Source: the human T2T-CHM13v2.0 reference genome, Homo sapiens
NCBI RefSeq assembly: GCF_009914755.1
Contig: NC_060938.1
DNA: 64,000 nt
Direction: 5' to 3' (one strand)
Shown here: positions 14,650 through 26,058 of the stretch, piece after piece
How the letters are laid out: every line of letters begins with the position of its first letter
How positions within the stretch are numbered: the stretch's first letter is position 1
Translations under genes and position numbers: made by a program
Notes under the pieces: generated by a model
The model's input: the letters and a program-made list of their open reading frames with translations, nothing else
Told to the model about the DNA's origin: nothing
Database searches by the model: none

Positions 14650-15284
14650 GTCTAAAAAGTAAAAAAAATAAATAAATTTCAAAAAATGTTTATAAAATAA
14701 GAATATAAAGAAAGAAAATATTTTTGTACAGCTGTACAATGTGTTTGTGTTTCAAGCTAAGTGTTATTACATAAGAGTCAAAAAGTTTAAAAATTAAAAA
14801 GTTTTTAAAGCAAAAAAAGTTACAGTAAGCTAAGGTTAGTTTATTACTGAAGGTAAAATTTTTAAAATAATTTTAGTGTAGCCTAAGTGTATAGCGTTTA
14901 TAAAGTGTCCCAGGCCTTCACATTCACATTCACTCACCGCTTCCTCACTGAATCACCCAGAGCAACTTCCAGTCCTTTAAAAAGCTCCATTCATGGTAAG
15001 TACCCTATACAATAAAGTGTATCATTTTCTATCTTTTATACTGTAATTTAATTGTACCTTTTCTATGTTTAGATCTGTTTAGATACAGAGATACTTACCA
15101 CTGTGTTAAAACTGCCTACAGTATTCAGTGCTGTAACATGCTATACAGGTTTGTAGCCTAGGGGTGTAATAGGTTATACCACCTAGGTTTTTGTAAGTAC
15201 GTGCTATGGTGTTGACACAATGACGAAATTGCCTAAAAACACATTTTTCAGAATGTATTCCTATTGTAAAGCAATGCATGACTA
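14650..15284 (-). mobile_element. Tigger3-family (TcMar) DNA transposon fragment
   Basis: TIR-like end GCATGACTA at ~15284; internal ACATGCTATACAGGTTTGTAGCCTAGG and CACTGAATCACCCAGAGCAACTTCCAGTCC. Confidence 0.85.
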
Positions 15285-15286
15285 TG

Positions 15287-15288
<2 letters not shown>

Positions 15289-15323
<35 letters not shown>
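15289..15323. repeat. (CA)n microsatellite
   Basis: Read directly. Confidence 0.95.
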
Positions 15324-15330
<7 letters not shown>

Positions 15331-16810
15331 TCAGCTCACTTATAGATAAAGCTATTTTTCAAATTACAAAAGAAAGCATCATATATTCTACTCAAATTTT
15401 TACCTTCTCTACTGAGAGATCATGTGAAGAGGAAAGCTAAAACACCAAGATTGAGATGAACTGAGATATACTCTGACAAGTCAGGTTGGGGAACATGGGC
15501 AAGCCATTTACTGTACTTATCTGATTTTTAATTTCACTTGTAAAATAATATTTAAAATTCCCCTGAATGTTGTTAATTCTAATTTTTCTGTAATTTTATT
15601 TAAGTGTAACTATTTAGAAACATATTTAGTATATGAGGCAAATTACCTATTGTTTCATTCTTTTAATGTTATAATACTAAATATATATATTTATATTTAG
15701 GAAATGAATTTATGGATTGAGCTGTTTTAATTTTTTAGTAATATTTTATAATTGGTCACTTACGACTTGTAAGTCTATTTTCCATTGTATACATTGTACA
15801 CTCAAAAACATTAAAATAATTCTGTGAAAATAAAGTGTAAGCTTCTGTTTTCATTCCTCCCTGTTACTAAGCTTGTTTCTCTGCCTCTCTGCATGCACCA
15901 ACCCCCACACTCTTAGTTTTAAAGTCTCAGCGTACTAATAAAAGTGGGATATCTTCTAGGGACTTTGATTCCACGAGGCAGTGATTTTTATTATGTCTTA
16001 ATTATTTTTCATGGGAGTGCTTCATTTAGATTACTTTCTAATACCCCCCAGTTATAACAAGATGATAGATTTTTTAAAATTTGTCACTTATTTCTTATAC
16101 TATTATTTCTTATGGTAAACTGTTTACCATGCCTTTGCCCATGTAAACACTTGTAAGATTATAATCACTCCAAAATGAGCAAGTATTGTTATTGCACACA
16201 TTCTTATCAAGAGAAAAAGAAAATGGCTTGGTGTTCAAGTTTTTCCATGGGTTGAAAAATGCACAAGAACTTAGCAACTTTGGAGGAAAACCAGCTTACT
16301 TTTTCTTTGATGCAACCAGAAGATTGCAAATCAATACTTAGCATTAACATTTTAATTGAGAATTAACATCACCATAATTGAAGATGAGGATGAGCATCTT
16401 GATGTTCAGGAGAGGGCTATTTGCTTGGGGAGGTCATTACGCTGGAAAGCACAAACACTGGAAAGGGAAAACGCAAATTATGTGTTTTCCTTGGGCATGG
16501 ACATAAAGTAAACACTTGAACTGGTGGTCAACTGTAATTTTCTTCCAGAGCCAGCAATTCTGGCAACACTACACTTTCGATTTATAGCAAAGCACACAAG
16601 TAGCAGTGACTTTGAAAAGAAAGGATAAAAGAATCAATGAAAAAGTTACTAGTTCTTAAAGATCTGTGTCTCATTCGAGGAACTTAAGGACCTCTCCCTC
16701 AATCTAAAAGCAGAATGCACTCTTGCTGCTTACTCCCAGCATGCCCTCAGCTGTTCCTATTTACTCCTGGAGGAAGGCAATGATATTTGAGTCTGGGTTA
16801 TCAACAATCC

Positions 16811-16830
16811 TTTAATTTTTTATTTTTATT
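16811..16830 (-). terminator. CLEC14A polyadenylation signal cluster
   Basis: Minus strand reads AATAAA-AATAAA-AA-ATTAAA (16830-16811), ~410 nt past the stop codon, followed by GGATTGTTG. Confidence 0.75.
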
Positions 16831-17239
16831 TTTTTCCCTGGGATTTCGAACCAATATACTCCTAGCCTGAACAACATAGAACATTTCCTTTCCATTTTGG
16901 TAGAAATTATTTTTTAATGTAAATTATATTGTGTTCTATTTGTTTCCAATGTCTTGAAAAGTTCAATCACTTCTCCAAATTCTCCGAATAAACATAAGAA
17001 AATATCTCTCCCCAGCACTACCCGGTCCCCCAGTATCACCATCCTAAAGGCACTTCCACTTCCTCTATCATCAGGGAAGGAGTGTGCAGTTCTGATTTAG
17101 CTCCTCAGTGGAGTAAAGGGAATTTAGAGGAAGGGGGATTTCTGCAGAAATTGTCAGTTACACAAGTAAGTTCCTCTTGGTTCCCCGTTTCATCAAAAGT
17201 GAAAAACTGTTCACAGGAGTGCCCATGTCCCCTGTTTCC

Positions 17240-18712
17240 CTATGCATCACTAGAGCCAAGAGGGGACTCCGCCAGCAAGGCACCCTCTGCTCTGTCCCGC
17301 AGATCACAGTCCCCGACTTTCACCCCATTGTTTGTGCAATGTGCAGAACTGGAGCCCAAAGCAGCGGGCTCAGGATCACTCTCCAGGCCCGGCGGGCCCA
17401 TAGACTCCTTCCTTGGCTGGGAAGAGGGGCTTTCGTGAAAGCAGAGCTTGACAAGCCCCAGTACTGTCATGGTCAAGATCACCAACACTACTACTGCTGT
17501 GCTCACAAATATGAAGACCACGGCAGAGGAGGAGTCGAAAGCCTGAGGAGTGGCAGAGGAAGTCGTAGAATTAAACTTGGAAATCACGCTCCCTGATGGG
17601 GTGATAGTGGCCTTTGACTCGGCTTGAAGGGACATTTGAAGGGTAGACATCGTGCTCTGTGATCCCCATCGAGGAATCTCAGGAATAGATGTTACTGAAT
17701 TGTCTTGTTCAGGGACAAGTGGTGTCTCTCCCAGCTTCTCGTCGACCCTGATTGGCCATGTTCTCTGCGGCACGGGGCTGGTTGCAGTGGCCGGCGGGCG
17801 CCTGGTGGGCACCCCGGTCCCCCCAAGGGTCGGCTGTCCTTCCCCACTGGTCACACAAGAGCGGCCGTCCTTCCCCAGCTCGAAGCCCGTAGCACATTCG
17901 CAGGCAAAGCCTCCCAAGTCGTCTAGGCAGTTAGGGAGCTCTGCGCATTTGCCAGCACGGAGGTACCTCCCGGGGCAGGGACACAACACATCGCCCGAGA
18001 GTTTGTCCCAGCGAGCGCCGATTTCGTCCGCGATGCAAGTAACTGAGATCGGGAGCTGTCCCCGGCAGAGCGCACTCACCTCGGTCCCAGGTGGACTGAA
18101 GTCCAGAGCGGCGCTGTGCAGCTGGAAGGGCGCGCGATAGCTCAAGTTAGAGGCGGCCCCGGGGCGCGGCGCAGGACACAAGACCTCAAACTGGTACTTG
18201 CACAGGTAGCCGTTGGCGCGCAGGTGGCATCGCATCTCCTTCCAGCCTGCGGGCTCGACCCCACCGGTGGCCTGGAGTACCGCGCATCTCCGCGCGGTGC
18301 AGGAGCGTTGGGGCTCCTCCACCCACTGCAGCGTGTCGCTTTCGAGACCGCCGGGGTCGGAGGACAGCCAGGAGAAACCCCGCAAAGGCTCGTTCTCCAG
18401 GGTGCAGTGGGAACGCCTGCGCTCCAGTGCGACCCAGAACAGCAGGTCTTTGGAGCCCCCTCCGGGCCCTGGGCCTGCCCGCAGGAGCGCGAGCACAGCG
18501 CGCAGCTCGGCGCCCGCACGCACGGTGCTGAGCGCCCCACCTCGCAGGATGCAGGCCTCCTCGGCCGCCTGCCGCTTCATGGTAGCGTGGTGCAGGCTGT
18601 AGCAGGCCCCCGAGGCCGAGCAGCCAGCACGGTCGGCAGTGGGGTGTTCGCCGCCGCCCGGCCCGGGCCAGAGCGCCTGCCAGAGGAGGCACAGGGCGAA
18701 CGCCGGCCTCAT
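17240..18712 (-). CDS. CLEC14A: C-type lectin domain family 14 member A, a 490 aa single-exon type I membrane protein: signal peptide, CTLD, sushi-like region, EGF-like domain, Ser/Thr/Pro-rich mucin-like stalk, TM helix, cytoplasmic tail
   Basis: The track ORF 17240..18796 begins at a GTG. The first ATG (CAT at 18710-18712, context AGA-ATG-A) gives MRPAFALCLLWQALWPGPGGG...SPLGSSDA, 490 aa. CTLD features: CYSLHH, FWVAL, FSWL, CAVL, WKEMRC, GYLCKY. EGF: CPCPGRYLRAGKCAELPNCLDDLGGFACECATGFELGKDGRSC. TM: AVVFIFVSTAVVVLVILTMTVLGLV. N-glycosylation sequons NLS and NST. The protein is recognised as human CLEC14A (THBD/CD93/CD248 family). Confidence 0.98.
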   Translation of the reverse strand: MRPAFALCLLWQALWPGPGGGEHPTADRAGCSASGACYSLHHATMKRQAAEEACILRGGALSTVRAGAELRAVLALLRAGPGPGGGSKDLLFWVALERRRSHCTLENEPLRGFSWLSSDPGGLESDTLQWVEEPQRSCTARRCAVLQATGGVEPAGWKEMRCHLRANGYLCKYQFEVLCPAPRPGAASNLSYRAPFQLHSAALDFSPPGTEVSALCRGQLPISVTCIADEIGARWDKLSGDVLCPCPGRYLRAGKCAELPNCLDDLGGFACECATGFELGKDGRSCVTSGEGQPTLGGTGVPTRRPPATATSPVPQRTWPIRVDEKLGETPLVPEQDNSVTSIPEIPRWGSQSTMSTLQMSLQAESKATITPSGSVISKFNSTTSSATPQAFDSSSAVVFIFVSTAVVVLVILTMTVLGLVKLCFHESPSSQPRKESMGPPGLESDPEPAALGSSSAHCTNNGVKVGDCDLRDRAEGALLAESPLGSSDA

Positions 18713-18828
18713 TCTCTGAGGCCCCGCACGCAGAGCTGCTCCCAACTTGGATCTGTCCCGCTCGAGGACGCAGAGCTGTGTCTGGAGCGCGGTCACCGCC
18801 CTCTACAGCTGGCTTCCCCAACCCGGTT

Positions 18829-18850
18829 CCCCCTCCCTTCCCCTCCGCCC
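18829..18850 (-). promoter_or_regulatory. GC box (SP/KLF) and canonical G-quadruplex motif
   Basis: Minus strand reads GGGCGGAGGGGAAGGGAGGGGG: four G3+ runs with loops of 4, 2 and 1 nt. Confidence 0.6.
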
Positions 18851-18925
18851 TCGCTCCCGACGGACCCCCCAACTGCCAAGAATCCCCCCGCGGGCCCAGC
18901 GGCCAACAGTTTCCCTTAGGCCGCG

Positions 18926-18935
18926 ACAGGAAATG
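18926..18935 (+). promoter_or_regulatory. ETS-family (ERG/FLI1/ETV2-type) site in the CLEC14A proximal promoter
   Basis: ACAGGAAATG matches ACAGGAART, ~215 bp upstream of the ATG of an endothelial gene. A second CAGGAAG lies at 19151-19157. Confidence 0.6.
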
Positions 18936-21079
18936 TGTGCGGAGCGCTGCCAGGCCCGGTGCAGCCCTGAGTTATTCTGGGGTCAGGAACACAGCTGGCG
19001 CCGGGTACAGGGGACGCAGTCGACTAGAAGGTCAAACACCCTGCTTAGAGCAAGAGGAGAAATTCGCCACTGGGATGAAGTGTGTGGTTTTTCTCCGTTC
19101 AGGGAGTTTCATCAGGACCGCAGAACCCATAACACGTAAGCGAACATAGGCAGGAAGGACTTGAGAAAGGAACTGGCTTATGATTATAAGACCACGCCCG
19201 TCTATTGTGTTTCTGTCCGGAGCTGTGGAGTTAGCGTCAGAATAATTCGTAGACGGCTCCAGTGTTTGGGGGGCCTGTGCCTGTGGGGGAAAAATATGTT
19301 GTGAAACAACTTAGCAACTGCTTTTGCCACCAGAGGCAGCACTATTTAACCGCATATCTCTCTATGGGTCTTTGCTTCTCTATTATGTCAAGAGATTTCA
19401 GGAGTCCTAACTACTAAAGAATTTGGAGTTGTTTGGGTATTTTAAATGGGAAATTCTGCTTCTTCCATCAGCACTTGCTTTAGAAATTTATTTTTCACTT
19501 CCACGTGTTTCTCTTTGAGTTAGACCATATTGATTCATTACAGAAAGGAAATGTATTTCTAGGACTAAATGAAAAATAATGACCATAGATCTTAACAGTT
19601 AGGTTGTTAGCTTTCCTTGCCACTGTATTGGTTCAAAAATTCTTCAAGTTTATAGGTTATACATAAATGAGTTCGTGGCCTTATAAATATTCGAGAACAA
19701 CTGCCCTATGTGTGATTTTAGCCTTGAACTATTTTAGTATCATTTTCTCCTATGATTGAGTGGCAGCATTTATAATAGTAAGTTGTAAACATCTCCTTTA
19801 AGGAAAATTAGAGTTCCTTAAGAAATTAAAATGTTTATTCCATTATAATGAATATTGTATACTGTCAAAAAATATCTTGTAATTTGAAAGATGGGTGAGC
19901 CAATTTCTTTAGAATTCCAGTGGGTGTTTTGTTTTAATATAAACATTTCAACTCAGTGGGAAGTGGCAAGGAATTAAAGATGAATAAAGAAGTAAAGGTT
20001 AAAAACTGTACTGTTATGAAAGGATTTCTTGTTAGCAACTTAGACAATTCAGTATCAGTTTAGAAAACGTACATTCTATCTTGGTTCATAATGGCCAAAT
20101 ACGTTGCCATCAGAAATACATAGAGAGTTTCAGCTAAGCCCTCTTAGAGATGTCTGATGCTTTTAAATATCTTTAATCAGAATGAAAGTTGCCATTCCAT
20201 GGATAATGCATATAAGCTCACTTTGTTTTACTGCATTCAGGTTGATGAGGGGTGTGAGGGAAGGTTTCAGGATCACATCTGTATGCTTCCATCTTATTTT
20301 TACCATAACTCTCATTCTTCTTTCCTCCTGGAAATTCCATGTATCTTAACAAACAACAGTAAGCCTATGAGTCATCATCATACTTACCTTGCTTTTGCTG
20401 AGTATGGAGCTTTGCACTAGGATTTCTCTCCTGCCCTATTTCCCAATTTAAAGAACATTCCTTAGTCCTTCCTTCAGATGTCTGAGAATCACCTTAAACG
20501 TGGCTTTGCGTTTAAATTAGGTAACTTAGTGTCTTATAAGAAAGAAACATGAAAATCCAGAAATCAAATTGAATGGTTTTTAAAAAATACTTAGTCACTT
20601 GGGCCAGCTCTCTATAGACCATTGCAATCTTATGACTGTGTTTGTAAATGTGTCCATGTAGTGCAATATTTTTAATAAAATCTTTTTCAAACTTAAGTAG
20701 TCAATGGAAATTTCTTAGATAGCTTTAAAAATCGTTTGGGATGAGATGAGGTGTCTACAGTAAGAAAGAATGAATAGCTGGAAAGCTTAAGTAAATACAT
20801 GATCTCACTCCCTGACATTCTGTCTAGGGGAGTGGGATTATAGCAGAGAACACATTGGCCATAACGACTATATGAGAGTACTGACCATGACCATGACCAT
20901 ATCATGGAATGACACAAGAGTTAGAAAAAATTAGCTCAAAGTAGGACGTAAATAGTTTTGTAATTAGTTTGAAATAGACAGTTTATCTGACCAAATTAGA
21001 AATGGAGGAAAGTTTCTATTTTTTAATAATATTTATTAAGATAATAATATAGAACCATTTTACCCCCACTGGATTCCAA

Positions 21080-21800
21080 ATGCCTAAAAATCTTATAATA
21101 CCAAATGTGAATCTATTGGCTCTTTTACATGTTACAGATTAGAGCAACCACTTTGGAAAAATTTGACACTTTTTTTCACTAAAATTGAATATTTGCAAAC
21201 TCTAGCACTTCCATGATAAGGTATAAAACTAAGAGAAATTTTTGCACATGTACAACAGAAGATATGTAAAAAATGTTTATAGTGACACTATTCATATTAA
21301 CAAAACCTTGAATCAATCAAAATATCCAAAAACAGTATAAAAATAAACTGTAGCATATTCACTAATTTAATATTATATAGGAGTAAAAATTAGTACAATA
21401 TAGTGGCAAGTAACAATATGAATTTATTTTAGCAATACAATGTTAATGGACAGAAGTTCCAAAAACGATACAGAGTCTGACATTTTTATACAATTAAAAG
21501 AACAGTACTAGATATATGTTTGTGTATTCTTTAGAAAAATAGTTACAATAAAATGAGACAAAAGAAACAATAAACATAAGATTCTTAGTGATGCGCCTTT
21601 TGGGTGAGAGGAAAGAGAAGGATGGAATGTTAGGGGAACTAGCAGGCTTGATATGGGCTGTTGATAGAGTCCTAGCTTTTGTTTTGTGCAGTGGCTTTGT
21701 GTCACTACCCAAATAATGGAATCTTTATTCCATTATTAAAAATAAATAATTAGTAATGAACAAATAAATCAAAATGGCTATATCTGGATAAATAAGTGAA
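21080..21800 (+). mobile_element. Very old L1ME-like 3' remnant
   Basis: ACCACTTTGGAAAAATTTGAC, GCACATGTACAACAGAAGATATGT, AATAAACTGTAGCATATTC motifs. Confidence 0.55.
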
Positions 21801-21914
21801 TGGACATGAAGCAGGAATTAAAATTAATTTAATTCTGAGTGGTTGAGTTTCAAAATGAAAAGTAAAAATAAAATCAAAATGTTAATTATGTTTAAAATAT
21901 ATTTTCAGTATATT

Positions 21915-22308
21915 TTCTTTATTTTATTATTATACTTCAAGTTCTGGAGTACATGTGCAGAACATACAGGTTTGTTACATAGGTATACATGTGCCAGGGT
22001 GGTTTGCTGCACCCATCAACCTGTCATCTACATTAGGTATTTCTCCTAATGCTATCCCTCCCCTAGCCCCCCACCCCCTGACAGGCCCTGGTGTGTGATG
22101 TTCCCCTCCCTGTGTCCATGTGTTTTCATTGTTCAGCTCCCACTTATGAGTGAGAACATGCGGTGTTTGGTTTTCTGTTCTTGTGTTAGTTTGCTGAGAA
22201 TGATGGTTTCCAACTTCATCCATGTCCCTGCAAAGGACATGAACTCATCCTTTTTTATGACTGCAAGTATTCCATGCTTTATATGTGCCACATTTTCTTT
22301 ACCCAGCC
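21915..22308 (-). mobile_element. L1PA7/8-like 3' end with poly(A); probably the detached 3' end of the 26059-32110 element
   Basis: TTATTATTATACTTCAAGTTCTGGAGTACATGTGCAG...; ORF 22133..22372 contains AVIKKDEFMSFAGTWMKLETIILSKL, the ORF2p C-terminus. Confidence 0.92.
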
Positions 22309-25300
22309 TGGGCATTTTGCTCCACCTGAGTGCATTCCTCGTGGCCTGGGAGCATTTCAGATACCCTAGCACACCTAGAACCTAAGCCCAAGGGTCCGGA
22401 GGATGGAGCCATGAGCCGGTCCTGGCTCCCCAGGACTACAGCACATAGTTCTGCGGTGCTGAACCAAGATCACTGGCCAGCACTCAAGTAGGGGAGAAGC
22501 CCACATTCTCAGAGCACTAAGAAGGGTAAGATGTGTGATTTCTTGGGCTGGCAAAGGAGCAGGACATACCTCCCTTTGCAGGGACAGTCTGAAAAAGGTA
22601 TGGTCCATGTCTCTGCCATGGCCTCTGCTAGATGAATCCCTGTGGCTCAGAACACCTAACAAAAGAAATGTAGGCATGGTGTCAGTGATCAGAGGGAGCG
22701 CCCCTAAGGCCCAGGAAAAGTCCTAGTAGTGGAGTCACCTCTCTCCCAGCACACCCTGCACTGCAGAGCACTGCTGCAAATGTGAGGAAATACAAAAGAG
22801 CTGCACACCTAAGTGCCTATCTACCAACCATTACTCTTAAGTGCTATCTCCTGAATCACAGCCCAAACTACAATTCCAAAAATATTTTGCTAATATACCA
22901 CCCACTGAAACCAAGGGCAAGAATTCAGCCACAAATAAAGTCCCTGTAAAGAGCCTTAGCCCTCTGAAAACATACAGAAATGACTACAGTCAACTTACAT
23001 CATAGCTAAAGTAACATCCAACCTTCCCAGACAAGAAAGAATCAGCACAAAAACTTCAGCAATTCAAAAAGCCAGAGTGTCCCCTTACCTCCAAAGAAGT
23101 CCACTAGCTATCCAGCAATGGTTTTTAACCAGTCCGAAATGACTGAAATGACAGACGTAGAATTCAGAATCTGGATGGCAAAAAGCTCATTGGGATTCAG
23201 AAAAAAGTTGAAACCTAGTCCAAGGAATCCAAGCAATCCAGTAAAATAATTCAAGAGTGGAAAGACAAGATAGCCATTTTAGGAAAGAAACAAACTGAAC
23301 TTTTATAGCTGAAAAATTCACTATAAGGATTTCATAATACAATTGGAACTACTGGCAGAATAGAACAAGTTGAGGAAAGAATCTCAGAGTTTGAAGACTG
23401 GTTTTTTGAATCAGATAAAAATAAAGAAAAAATTGAAAAAGTTAAGAAAACCTCTGAGAAATATGGGATTATGTAAAGAGACAAAATCTATGACACATTG
23501 GCATCTCTGAAAGAGAAGGAGAGAGAATAAGCAACTTGAAAAATATATCTGAGGATATAGTACATGAAAATTTCCCTAATCTCACTAGAGAGGTTTACAT
23601 ACTAACTCATGAAATACAGAGAACCCCATCTGGAAACTATACAAGATGACCATCCCCAAGGCACATGGTCATCAGATTCACCATGGTCACTGAAAAAAAA
23701 TCTTAAAGGCAGCTAGAAAGGAGGGTCAGGTCACATATGGGGGAACCTTGTAAAGCTAGCAGTGGACCCTCTCAGGAGAAACCTTATAAGCAAGAAGAGA
23801 TTGGGGGCCAATTTTTATCATCCCAAAGAAATTTCAACAAAGAATTTCATATACCACTAAACTAAGCTTCATAGGTGAAGGAGAAATAAAATTGTTCTCA
23901 GACAAGCAAAGGCTGATGGAATGCATTTCAACTTGACCAGCCTTAAAAGAGGTCTTCAAGGGAGTACTAAACATGGAATTGAAATAATAACACCTGCTAC
24001 CACAAAACACACTTAAGCACATAGCCCAAAGACACTATAAAGCAAATACACAAGTCTACATAACACCCAGCTAACAACGTGGTGACAAGATCAAAATCTC
24101 AAATACCAATACTAATCCTGAATGTAAATGGGCTAAAAGCCTCACTTAAAAGATATATATAATGCCAAGAAGGATAAAGACATGACCCAACTCTCTGCTG
24201 TCTTCAAAAGACCCATCTCACATGTAATGACACCCATAGGCTCAAAGTAAAGGAGTAAAGAAAGATCTACCATGCAAACAGAAAACAAAAAAGGGCAGGA
24301 GTTGCTATTCTTATATCAGATAAAACAGACTTTAAATCAATAACAAGAGGGACAAAGAAGAGCATTACATAATGATAAAGGCTGTGATCCAACAAGAAGA
24401 CTTAACTATACTAAATATATACACATCCAACATTACAGCACCCAGATTCATAAAACAAGTTCCTCTTAATATATGAAAAGACTTAGCCACGCAATAATAG
24501 TAGGAGATTGCAACACCCCACTGACAGGACTAAACAGATTATTGAAGCAGAAAACTCACAAAGAAACTCTGGACTTAAACTCAACACTTGATCAACTGGA
24601 CTAATAGACATCTAGAGAACACCCCACCTAACAATCACAGACTATGAGATCAGAAGATGAGATGAGATCAGAAGATGAGAACATACTTCTGATCTGTATA
24701 CAGAATATATTCTAAGATCAACCACATGCTCACTCATAAAGAAAGTCTTAATAAACTCAAAAAAATTGAAATCATACCAAACACACTCTCAGACCACAGT
24801 GCAATAAAAATAGAAAGCAACACTAAGAAGATCTCTCAAAACTGTACAAATACATGGAAATTAAACAACTTGCTCCTGAATAGCTCCTGGGTGAACACTG
24901 AAATTAAGGCAGAAATAAAAAAAATCTTTGAAAATAGGGACACAACTTACTAAAATCTCTGGAATGCAGGTAAAGCAGTGTTAAGAGGAAAGTTTATAGC
25001 ACTAAACGCCTTCATCAAGAAGTTAAAGATATCATAAATTAACTTTGCACCTAGGAAAAAGAAAAAGAAAAAACCAACTCTAAAGCTAGCAGAAAAAAGA
25101 AATAACTAAAATTAGTGAACTGAACAAGATTGAGATACAAAATTCATAAAAAGGTCAATGAAACCAAGAGTTTGTCATTCAAAATAGTAAACAAGATTTA
25201 CAGACTACTGGCTGGATTAACAAGATATAAAAGAAAATATCCAAATAGGTACAATCAACAATGACAAATATGACATTACAAGTGATCACACAGAAATACA

Positions 25301-25906
25301 AAAGATCCTTACAGGCTACTATGAACAACTCTATGCTCACAAATTAGAAAATCTAGTGAAGATGAATAACTTCCTGGAAACATGTAATCTCCAAAGATTG
25401 AATCAGAAAGAGATTGAAACCCTGAATAGAACAATATTGAGCTCTGAAATTAAAACAGAAATAAAAAACTGAGCAACCTAAAAAAAGCCCTGGACCAGAC
25501 AGAGTCACAGCCAAACTCTACCAGATATACAAAGAAGAGCTGGGACCAATCCTACTGAACCTATTCCAAAAAATTGAGGCAGAGGAGCTCCTCCCTAACA
25601 CATTCTATGAAACCAGTATCAACCTGATAACAAAATCTGGCAATCACAACGTAAAAGACAAAGTTCAGACCAATCCGATAAACATAGACACAACAATATT
25701 CAACAAAAAACTAGCAAACAGGATCCAGCAGCACATCAAAAATTAATACACATGAACAGAATTAAAAGCAAAAACCATATGATCTTTTCAATAAATGCAG
25801 AAAAAGCATTTCTATGCAGCAATGACATTCAGACTGAGAGTCAATCAAGAACACAATCCCATGTAGAATAGCCAAAAAGGAAGTGAAATATCTAGGAATA
25901 CAGCTA
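22309..25906 (+). mobile_element. Older primate L1 (L1PA15/16-like): partial 5'UTR, ORF1 and ORF2 N-half, all disrupted
   Basis: ORF1 remnant GAATTCAGAATCTGGATGGCAA. ORF2 endonuclease remnant from ~24080 (CTGAATGTAAATGGGCTAAA). ORF 24726..24953 reads [26 protein letters not shown]. Confidence 0.9.
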
Positions 25907-26058
25907 CATGCCACCACGCCCGGCCAATTTTTGTATTTTTAGTAGAGACAGGGTTTCACCCTGTTGGCCAGGATGGTCTCCATCTCCCAACCTCATGATC
26001 TGCCCGCCTTGGCCTCCCAAAGTGTTGGGATTACAGGCGTGAGCCACTGCATCTGGCC
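25907..26058 (-). mobile_element. Alu left arm only (AluS-like), broken just past the A-rich linker
   Basis: CATGCCACCACGCCCGGCCAATTTTTGTATTTTTAGTAGAGAC...GAGCCACTGCATCTGGCC; no right arm or tail. Confidence 0.93.

Larger units (their letters stand above)
17760..19030. promoter_or_regulatory. CpG island covering the CLEC14A promoter/5'UTR and the 5' two-thirds of the CDS
   Basis: Sharp switch to GC-rich, CpG-dense sequence (many CGCG, GCGC, CCGG) in an otherwise AT-rich, CpG-depleted window. Boundaries by eye. Confidence 0.9.

Noticed and set aside
17240-18796. 518 aa as the true protein length
   Set aside because: It begins at GTG; the signal peptide starts at the ATG at 18712, giving 490 aa. 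The extension is kept only as a low-interest finding.
18186-18872. 228 aa alternative-frame ORF on the CLEC14A strand
   Set aside because: TTG start and an Arg/Gly/Ala/Pro-rich composition typical of an off-frame GC-rich read; no independent support.
18116-18919. 267 aa + strand ORF and other 120-160 aa ORFs antisense to CLEC14A
   Set aside because: Mostly non-ATG starts, no recognisable domain; shadow frames expected from stop-codon scarcity in a GC-rich CDS/CpG island.
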